Assembly (NCBI GenBank): GCA_001856825.1
Contig: ATMD01000003.1
Span: forward strand, 91,796 to 155,795
From: Thermoplasmatales archaeon I-plasma
GTDB taxonomy: Archaea; Thermoplasmatota; Thermoplasmata; Thermoplasmatales; GCA-001856825
Reading direction: 5' to 3'
DNA: 64,000 bases
Of the stretch, positions 9,868 to 16,849 are shown piece after piece. A program made the translations under genes and the position numbers. Within the stretch, counting starts at the first letter, position 1. The number at the start of each line of letters is the position of its first letter. Under the pieces are notes generated by a model, which worked only from the letters and a program-made list of their open reading frames with translations, did not search any database and had not been told where the DNA came from.

Positions 9868-11904
9868 GTGAGCCTCGATGGCTACAGCTCTGGAATGAAC
9901 TGGTACAAGAATCAAAAAAACACAAGGAAACGGGAAAGAAGGAGGGTCAATGAGATGCTGACACAAAAAAGAGGCCCCTCTGACAAGGGGCCGGATACGG
10001 GTTTGGACTCTGAAGATGATATAGAAGATGATGTTAAAAACATTTCTAAGCAAAAGAAACCGTCCATCGTTTTCAAGACTCGATTCACCCTAAACGGAAA
10101 GCATTACGCAGAAATTCATGAGATATTTCAAATGTCAGAAAAGTCGTTTGGCACTTATCAATTCGTTGTCTACGGAAACGGAGACAGAATAACGTACACA
10201 AAAGAAGTTGAGGCCTATGATGACGATGGAAACCAAGTAATCATAAAGCCGGCCCCTCAGATTGCACAGCAGAAACTAGACCGGATATTCGAGAATGATT
10301 CTTTTGAATTTTTAAAATTTCCGCCAGGTCCTATAAACTATACCAGCGAATATGAGCTTTATCTACAGATTCGGAATTTTATTCATAAATATGCCCAAGT
10401 GCGAGAAGAAGATGAGGCCCTTTTACCGTTATGGACCATGAAGGCTACTCTTTTTGACATACTTCGAGAAACATCATTTCCGTTGATTCATATTATAGCT
10501 CCTTACGGAAAGGGAAAGTCCAGGCTTTTGCAAACGATGACTGAAATAACACCATATGGATTTTATCTCATAAATCTCAGTGCTGCCCCTCTAAAACGTG
10601 TCTCTCAGCTTTACTCTCCTATTCTTTATGTAGACGAGAAAGGGCAAATGGATAATGAGACTACGGCACTGATTAATTCAAAATTTAACCGAAATTCAGT
10701 TTATCTGAACGCTGACAAGGAAATACAGAGGGGATTTTCAGCTTTAATCGGTTATAAGCTCTATGGACCGATGGCAATGGCCGGAAGAACCCCTTTTCGT
10801 GATGACGCCATTGAATCGAAATCGTTTCAAATAGACCAGAATTTTGAATTGACAAGGGAGGATATTCCGAGAAAAATCAAAGGTGAAATCCTAGAGGAAT
10901 TTGAGCGAGAAGGTCTAGAGATTAGAGGGAAATTACTACAGTTCAGGATAAATTGGTGCGAAAAAATAAATTCAATCCAGAGTTCGAAATTCCTACAGAA
11001 ATACGAATCTCATCTAGAGCCCCGGCTATTTGAGATTATTTCATTCTTTGAGGACATAATTGAAATTATTCCTGAATTGAAAAAAGACTTTACCAAAATG
11101 TTGGAATATCAGATAATCAGGAATGTCGAAGTTGCTAAGGACACGGCAAACGGTTTGATTGCATCAACTCTTCTCTCCATTATCGGCAATGCAGAGAATA
11201 CGATTCAATATGAGATTGGAGGTAGAGAGTTCGCCGGCATTTACCTATCTTCCGTTTATGAGGAGGTGGGGCAGAATTACGCAAAACAGACAGGTAAAAT
11301 CTTATCGGCACTAGGACTTAAAACAGAAAGGCCTAGGATAAAGCTCACACGCAAGGGGAAAAATGAAGAAGAAGAGGAATATTTTAAGAGACTTTCAGTA
11401 GTAAGACTTCCTGACGAAGTCAAACTAAAAGAATTGAAACAGAGATATGACCCAGAGTTCGTGAAAGAGGAATTAGCCCGAATTTCTCAAGATGACCAGA
11501 CAAGTTTGGACGATGAGGACGATGAGGACAATGAAAAAGGAGACTCAGTAAATAAAGAAGAAGTTAATAGAAAGACATTACAACAAAAGGAAGAGTCGAG
11601 TACCATTTCTCATAGTCCTCATAGTCCTCTTAGTCCAAACACTAACTCAAATGTTACTCAAGAATCTGAAAAATCCTATGCCCAGAACAATGATTGGCAA
11701 TACTTTAAGGTAAAGGAGAGTTTCAGTTTCAGAAAATACACTTATCAGAAAGGCAATATATCAAAATTCCCAGTAGTAGAAGCCGGAAAGTTTATCGAGA
11801 AAGGATTTCTAGAATTGCCTTGTCCTCACGGCCAGATTTGGGACCCAACCTCGAAAGAATGTATTGTAATAGCTAAAGGAGGGATTGAAAGTGAGTCTCA
11901 CTGA
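9868..11904 (+). CDS. Large P-loop NTPase, putative replication protein (SF3-helicase-like) with acidic low-complexity tail and Cys/His C-terminus
   Basis: Walker A IIAPYGKGKSRL, Walker B ILYVDEKGQ, Asn-rich motif-C-like LINSKFNRNS. Acidic run DDEDDEDNEKGD. C-terminal CPHG...C. The start is uncertain (GTG 9868, ATG 9895 or ATG 9955). Confidence 0.45.
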   Translation: MSLDGYSSGMNWYKNQKNTRKRERRRVNEMLTQKRGPSDKGPDTGLDSEDDIEDDVKNISKQKKPSIVFKTRFTLNGKHYAEIHEIFQMSEKSFGTYQFVVYGNGDRITYTKEVEAYDDDGNQVIIKPAPQIAQQKLDRIFENDSFEFLKFPPGPINYTSEYELYLQIRNFIHKYAQVREEDEALLPLWTMKATLFDILRETSFPLIHIIAPYGKGKSRLLQTMTEITPYGFYLINLSAAPLKRVSQLYSPILYVDEKGQMDNETTALINSKFNRNSVYLNADKEIQRGFSALIGYKLYGPMAMAGRTPFRDDAIESKSFQIDQNFELTREDIPRKIKGEILEEFEREGLEIRGKLLQFRINWCEKINSIQSSKFLQKYESHLEPRLFEIISFFEDIIEIIPELKKDFTKMLEYQIIRNVEVAKDTANGLIASTLLSIIGNAENTIQYEIGGREFAGIYLSSVYEEVGQNYAKQTGKILSALGLKTERPRIKLTRKGKNEEEEEYFKRLSVVRLPDEVKLKELKQRYDPEFVKEELARISQDDQTSLDDEDDEDNEKGDSVNKEEVNRKTLQQKEESSTISHSPHSPLSPNTNSNVTQESEKSYAQNNDWQYFKVKESFSFRKYTYQKGNISKFPVVEAGKFIEKGFLELPCPHGQIWDPTSKECIVIAKGGIESESH

Positions 11905-12142
11905 CCCGATTAAAACGGTGCCAAATTTTGTCAAAGTCACTGACCTAAAACTTCCCGGAATAACGATTTACCATTTCGAAGTCGTGAACATAAGGGAGGT
12001 TTCAAAACATGAAAATTAGGTGCCTCTCGCTTATGTCGATATGTATTTACACCTTCTTGGCCCTCAAAACGCCTAGAATTAAATTATCTTGTTGCTCAAT
12101 AATATTTTCTCAGTTTATCACGTCAAAAATGGAGGCTAACTG

Positions 12143-12298
12143 ATGTATTGGAAATGCTCAAAGTGTGGAGAGGTGACATTCTGTGGAAGTGTGAAATATC
12201 TTAGAATCGTCAAAGAGACTCATATTTGCAAAGTTGATTCACGCTCTATTTTTTCAAAAGAGGGCTTTGGGAATGTGCCTAACATTCCTAGGAGATGA
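12143..12298 (+). CDS. Small zinc-finger-like protein (51 aa)
   Basis: My translation: MYWKCSKCGEVTFCGSVKYLRIVKETHICKVDS.... It has CxxC plus HxC, and GGAGG lies 8 nt upstream. It is below the ORF-track length cut-off. Confidence 0.3.
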   Translation: MYWKCSKCGEVTFCGSVKYLRIVKETHICKVDSRSIFSKEGFGNVPNIPRR

Positions 12299-12303
12299 AA
12301 TAA

Positions 12304-12459
12304 ATGACCGAAAAGAAAGTATTTGTAAGGCCTCACGAGAGGCAAGGACCAAAAGGAGAGACGCACGTAAAAGGGCATACCAGAAAACAAGAAGTCAAGT
12401 CAGTTGGTATGCTAAACCAAGAACTACCGCCGGAAGATGGAGAAAATGAATCAGAGTGA
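12304..12459 (+). CDS. Small basic protein (51 aa), hypothetical
   Basis: My translation: MTEKKVFVRPHERQGPKGETHVKGHTRKQ...ENESE. It overlaps the start of the next ORF, which fits the operon packing. Confidence 0.25.
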   Translation: MTEKKVFVRPHERQGPKGETHVKGHTRKQEVKSVGMLNQELPPEDGENESE

Positions 12460-12778
12460 ACAAGAAGATTTGAAACTAGGGGTATGGGTAGAAAAGCTCT
12501 CGGGTAAGAGATTCAGGGAACTCTTTCCCGAGTTAGCCAAACCGTTCTTCGACCACGGCCTAAAGATTCATAGTGCCAAGGAAATAGCGTTAACAGGACC
12601 ATTAACAAAGTTCAAGGTATATACAGACAAGCCGTCAGAAAAACTAGAGTGGTCTTTGTTGCCAATAAATAACGTACTGTCAACGAATACAAACCCTAGG
12701 ATTTATGGAGGAATGTGCGGCCACAATTGGCACACGGGAAAGCCCGTTTTATGGGAAGTGACAATTTACAATGACTGA
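12437..12778 (+). CDS. Hypothetical protein (element)
   Basis: 113-aa ORF, co-directional with and overlapping its neighbours. No motif recognised. Confidence 0.4.
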   Translation: MEKMNQSEQEDLKLGVWVEKLSGKRFRELFPELAKPFFDHGLKIHSAKEIALTGPLTKFKVYTDKPSEKLEWSLLPINNVLSTNTNPRIYGGMCGHNWHTGKPVLWEVTIYND

Positions 12779-13217
12779 CGAACGAATATCTCCGAAACTT
12801 AGCGAAACTGGATTCTACCGGATAGTCAACGAGATGATAGAAACGGCATACTTGCAGTATCACAGTTTCATAGGATTGCCGTCTGGCTCTAATCCTAACT
12901 ATAATCCGGCTCGTTCTGCTTTGTTGGCCCTTTACAATGCCGTAATCATTCCTCATGCAATGTCGCACAAAGGGGATAAAGAAGTAAAGGAGTTTCAAGA
13001 GTCTTGGGAAAGACTGAATGAAAGATATGGAGACCAATTCGAGAAAGCCAAGGGCAATTATGACGAAATAAACACAGAAGAAGCTAAGCAAGAATACATC
13101 GAGAGATTTACGGCCATTATGACTTTTCTCAATGTCCTAGGAATTACACAACTTAAGCAAAGAGCAGAAGAATGGGAAGACAACTTCATTGAAGTCAGCG
13201 AGAGGGAATTAAGATGA
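12771..13217 (+). CDS. Hypothetical protein (element)
   Basis: 148-aa ORF with start/stop overlaps on both sides (12771-12778 and 13214-13217). Confidence 0.45.
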   Translation: MTDERISPKLSETGFYRIVNEMIETAYLQYHSFIGLPSGSNPNYNPARSALLALYNAVIIPHAMSHKGDKEVKEFQESWERLNERYGDQFEKAKGNYDEINTEEAKQEYIERFTAIMTFLNVLGITQLKQRAEEWEDNFIEVSERELR

Positions 13218-14287
13218 CAGATTCGTTAGAGTTGTTGGCCCAATTGATAAGGGAAGATAACGGCATTAGCTCGGAGAGAGCCTTATCATGGGCTCAGAAT
13301 CAACAGAGGATAGTCAAGGCATTAAGCGAGGGGAGGGCAATAGTGACGTCTAGAGACGGGAACGTTGCCCCTAAGTATTGGACTAACAGCGTATTCTTTA
13401 CAATGAGGCCAACGATAGTTTACGGACCACAAGGACAAGGAAAATCTTGGCTATGTTCATATATCATTCTGAGGGCAATCATAGTCAATCCAAAATGGGA
13501 TTTCTATACAAATCTGCCCTTCTTTAATTTTGACTACCCGGAAGAATTGAAGGACATGGCCCTCCCGAGCGTTTACCTGATTAGGAGCATGAAGGAACTC
13601 CTAGAAGGAATAATCAGGTCTAGGAGAGCAGACAGAATCCCGGCTATAATATTAGACGAAATGGACGCTGAGGTAGATTCCTATTCATGGCAGAGTCAAG
13701 AATCCCAGTCTTGGAGAATATTTACTCAGTTCCAGAGACATTTCTTTGTCAAGGGCCCTATCCTAGTTTACCACTACGCTAAGCATATCCCCGGGTATCT
13801 GAGAAACGGAGGAATGGGGAGAGTAGTATTTCTCACTTATAGACAAGGGAAATACTACGTTCTAGCAGGATTCACCAGACCCAATAAGCTAGTAGTAACG
13901 GGTTATACACCTCCTTACGCATCTCATGGAGGCTATCCTTTCACGGTCAATATAGACATGAGACTTCTATACCGTAAGCTAGAGGGAGTAAGCCCTCAGA
14001 AAATACTTGATTCTATGGAATCGTCTTTAGAAGAATCAATAATCACCGATGACAAGGTAGAAAAGAAACTCAGGGAGACAGAGCGAGCAAAGGCCAAAGA
14101 AGAAAGACACAAGAAGGTTATCTCACTGAAGAAAATGGGCCTGAGTCAGATAAAGATAGCCGAAACGCTTCATATGTCAAAGCGTGATGTGAAGAAAATA
14201 TTGAGAGAAATTGACATCAGGACCAATGGTACCGATGGTACTGAAGACGGCGCCGCTGAGGATTCAGGCACAGACAAGGGAAATTAA
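13214..14287 (+). CDS. P-loop ATPase with C-terminal helix-turn-helix (Zot/packaging-ATPase-like)
   Basis: Walker A VYGPQGQGKSW, Walker B PAIILDEMDAE. C-terminal HTH MGLSQIKIAETLHMSKRDVKKILREI followed by a Gly/Thr/Asp tail. Confidence 0.5.
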   Translation: MTDSLELLAQLIREDNGISSERALSWAQNQQRIVKALSEGRAIVTSRDGNVAPKYWTNSVFFTMRPTIVYGPQGQGKSWLCSYIILRAIIVNPKWDFYTNLPFFNFDYPEELKDMALPSVYLIRSMKELLEGIIRSRRADRIPAIILDEMDAEVDSYSWQSQESQSWRIFTQFQRHFFVKGPILVYHYAKHIPGYLRNGGMGRVVFLTYRQGKYYVLAGFTRPNKLVVTGYTPPYASHGGYPFTVNIDMRLLYRKLEGVSPQKILDSMESSLEESIITDDKVEKKLRETERAKAKEERHKKVISLKKMGLSQIKIAETLHMSKRDVKKILREIDIRTNGTDGTEDGAAEDSGTDKGN

Positions 14288-14384
14288 CCTTCGGTACCAG
14301 TACCATACCCCTCTCTATTGGTGATATATATATTGCTGCGTACGCATGAAGTGAAAATTTTCAGTCTGATTTCTCAAGCGAAAA

Positions 14385-14398
14385 TTGAAAAATAAAAA
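14385..14398 (-). terminator. Oligo-T terminator candidate (TTTTTATTTTTCAA on the minus strand)
   Basis: Lies about 55 nt downstream of the stop of the 14452-14682 gene, in the convergent gap. Identical to 8561-8574. Confidence 0.3.
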
Positions 14399-14451
14399 GT
14401 GAAGAAGATAGGGGTTCACTTAGAGGCTGTTATGAGGTTTTACCTTAAAGG

Positions 14452-14682
14452 TCAATCCTCTAGTCGGCTAAGATAATCAGGGAAAGGGAAGGGGCTCTCT
14501 TTCAAGTCGCCTTTGATTCCTTCTAGGATATAGGCCTGAATAACTGATAAAAGGTCAGTTTTCTTTAGTTGTGCTATTGCTCTCAGGTCAAATAGAACTT
14601 CCTCCCCAATGTCAAGCTCTTTTTCTAGAATCTGCTCTATGTTCCTCTCAGACGCAGTATCAATATAGCTCACATTTATCAC
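14452..14682 (-). CDS. Small hypothetical protein downstream of the integrase
   Basis: 76-aa ORF, 30 nt after the integrase stop on the same strand. Confidence 0.4.
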   Translation of the reverse strand: MINVSYIDTASERNIEQILEKELDIGEEVLFDLRAIAQLKKTDLLSVIQAYILEGIKGDLKESPFPFPDYLSRLED

Positions 14683-14712
14683 CTCCGTACTTGAGCTTTG
14701 GCCTCGGTCATT

Positions 14713-16002
14713 TCAATGCACCAACTCTTTTATGAACTTATCTTTAAGCTGAGGATTATTAGCTATCTGTGATAACACTGCTTCAAGGAGCTTGTCCTTG
14801 AACTCAGGGTCAAACGTCTTCAAGAGTTCCTTGGTGCTTCCATCGATTACAGAGGAACTCAGCAAATTAGACTCTATCTCCTTTTCCTTGTTTTCTAGCT
14901 GTTTGAGTTTTTCATAATCTAGAGGACTTCCACATTGCAGACAATACTCGGAATTATAGGGATTCACTGTTTTGCATCTCAGGCAAGCCCTCATTTTCCT
15001 TATCTCCTTCGATGGATTTTCTACATGGATTCCGTTGGCCTCTAGGTATGCGTTATCTACTTCTTCGTCGTTTAGATGGACATATACAGCAGGCATCTTG
15101 CTGTCCATATTCCATCCCATTTCCTTATCCAAGACTAACGGAGGTAGTTTTGGAGCCAACTCCGTAGCTCGATTGTGCCGGAATTTATGAGGATTCAATC
15201 TCTTATTCTTGGGAAATCCTTTGGAGACGGCTCTATTCTTGACCTTTCTAAACATCGCATATATTTGCTGATGGAACATGGGTTCGCCCGTGTTTGGCCT
15301 CCCGTTCATGTCATGCCCTATACCGCAGAATAGCCATGCGTCAGGGTTAAAAGTATCAGGATGGACATTTAGCCATCCTTTCACATAACCTATCGAATCG
15401 CCTATAACTCTCACATTTCTTACCCCGGTCTTACCTGACACCATAGTTCTCATTCCATAGTTGTCAAAGACTACATCCTTTATTCGTAGTGTAAGCAATT
15501 CTCCAATTCTCATCCCCGAATCATATAGCAGACTGATAATTGCCTTGTCTCTAGCGTTATCGCATGATGCAATCAGCAAGTCAACTTCTTCTTGACTTAT
15601 CCTCCAGTCAGGTTTCTTCTTGTAGTTTATCTTGCTCTTGCTCTTGAATTTTATATCCTTCACAACTTCCGATTTCCCCAACCAATTATAGAATCTCTTA
15701 AGAGTGGCCTTGTAGCCTTCAATAGTCCACTCTGACAGGTCTCTCTTGCGAAGCTTTGCCAATGCCTCAATCACATCATTGCTATTAGGAGAAATGAAGG
15801 GTTCTCCCATGGTCTCACCGAGGGTCCTCAGATTTATTGCATGGAAGTATAGCCTATTGTAAGAGAGTTCGTCAACGTTCTCTAGGTAGTCCAGAAATTG
15901 CTTTATCTTACTCTTCTCTCCATTGCCTAATTTCGATTTCCTGAGCCTATCTAGTTCAAGCTCGTAATACTTTTTCGTGCCTACTTTAAGCTCCTCTTTC
16001 AC
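14713..16002 (-). CDS. int: Tyrosine recombinase/integrase with C-terminal zinc ribbon
   Basis: Box I SGMRIGELLTLR, HKFRHNRATELA (H-x-x-R), and VYVHL as the catalytic Tyr region. C-terminal CLRCKTVNPYNSEYCLQCGSPL. It abuts the tRNA 3' end. Confidence 0.85.
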   Translation of the reverse strand: MKEELKVGTKKYYELELDRLRKSKLGNGEKSKIKQFLDYLENVDELSYNRLYFHAINLRTLGETMGEPFISPNSNDVIEALAKLRKRDLSEWTIEGYKATLKRFYNWLGKSEVVKDIKFKSKSKINYKKKPDWRISQEEVDLLIASCDNARDKAIISLLYDSGMRIGELLTLRIKDVVFDNYGMRTMVSGKTGVRNVRVIGDSIGYVKGWLNVHPDTFNPDAWLFCGIGHDMNGRPNTGEPMFHQQIYAMFRKVKNRAVSKGFPKNKRLNPHKFRHNRATELAPKLPPLVLDKEMGWNMDSKMPAVYVHLNDEEVDNAYLEANGIHVENPSKEIRKMRACLRCKTVNPYNSEYCLQCGSPLDYEKLKQLENKEKEIESNLLSSSVIDGSTKELLKTFDPEFKDKLLEAVLSQIANNPQLKDKFIKELVH

Positions 16003-16041
16003 GTCTTGTTATGGCATACACGGATTTAAACCATCTGGTCA

Positions 16042-16054
16042 ATCCCGGCTGCCG
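16042..16054. repeat. attR-like repeat, overlapping the tRNA-Tyr 3' end
   Basis: ATCCCGGCTGCCG equals the last 12 nt of the tRNA (minus strand) plus 1 nt. Confidence 0.65.
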
Positions 16055-16144
16055 GATTTGAACCAGCGACCTGTGGATGGCGGCGGTTGCGCCACAGCGC
16101 TGTCCCTCTACAGTCCACCGCTCTACCAACTGAGCTAAGCCGGG
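16043..16144 (-). tRNA. tRNA-Tyr (GUA) with a 29-nt intron at the canonical 37/38 position
   Basis: Hand-folded: acceptor CCCGGCU/AGCCGGG with the archaeal C1-G72 pair and discriminator A. D arm GCUC-AGUUGGUA-GAGC. Anticodon arm GUGGA-CUGUAGA-UCCAC, interrupted after G37 (about 16079-16107). T arm GCUGG-UUCAAAU-CCGGC. No encoded CCA. Confidence 0.85.
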
Positions 16145-16342
16145 TATTGGGTTATCCGTGCAGACAAAAATATTTTTCCGTTGAAATTGGTCAAGTTACC
16201 CCTTATTTTGGAACAAGGACAGTAAATTAATTAGGTTCAAATTTGGACTTAAAAGTCATTCAGTTGCTTTGTTCCAGCTGGCTTCATGATGTAAGGAAAA
16301 TATTAATTAATGAGGATTATATTTATTTGCAGGTGAACAACG

Positions 16343-16720
16343 ATGCCAATGACTTTCAGGAAAAAGACGGTTATCAGAACAGATAGACCTCCCAAGGAAC
16401 CGAGAAAATACATTGATCTTAATGAATATCAATTTGCAGATGAGCCCGGAGCAGGGACGTCTGTAAAAATTGGTGAACTGATAAAGTTTGAGGAGGTGCC
16501 ACAGTTTTCTGAAATTGTCTTGAATGGGGACGTTCTGATACTTGATTATGCGGCAATACAATCTGACGAGTTGCAGTTAAGAAGGATCGTGAGCGAGCTT
16601 AAAAGGTCTGCCGGAGACAATGGAGGAGACGTTGTTGCACTTGGCAACAGGTACCTTATAGTTACCCCAAGAGGAATGAAAATAGATAGGAACAAGATAA
16701 GAACGCCTTCATCTCTCTAG
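16343..16720 (+). CDS. sepF: SepF-like cell-division protein (DUF552)
   Basis: 125 aa. YIDL...VKIGELIKFEEVPQFSEIVLNGDVLILDYAAI...ELKRSAGDNGGDVVALGNRYLIVTPRGMKI fits the archaeal SepF pattern. Confidence 0.55.
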   Translation: MPMTFRKKTVIRTDRPPKEPRKYIDLNEYQFADEPGAGTSVKIGELIKFEEVPQFSEIVLNGDVLILDYAAIQSDELQLRRIVSELKRSAGDNGGDVVALGNRYLIVTPRGMKIDRNKIRTPSSL

Positions 16721-16849
16721 TGTAATTAATTTTCATTCCCGTATTATTTCTGTTTATCATAGGTATAAAGATAGTTTTATCAACGAAAGATGGCCATAAA
16801 TAAAGAATAATCAAGCAAACGTTATTAACGACATGAAAATTCGGGGTCG

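Larger units (their letters stand above)
8457..16054. mobile_element. Integrated plasmid/provirus-like element inserted at the tRNA-Tyr 3' end
   Basis: Perfect 13-bp direct repeat ATCCCGGCTGCCG at both ends. A tyrosine integrase lies next to the tRNA-proximal end. The interior holds only non-housekeeping, tightly packed ORFs. Confidence 0.75.

Noticed and set aside
12234-12449. 71-aa basic track ORF in the element
   Set aside because: It conflicts with two better-placed small ORFs, one of which has an RBS and both of which fit the overlap coupling. Its K/R-rich content looks like an off-frame artefact. The call remains uncertain.
12696-13091. 131-aa minus-strand ORF in the element
   Set aside because: It is antisense to two co-directional, overlap-coupled plus-strand ORFs. 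It has no start context or motif.
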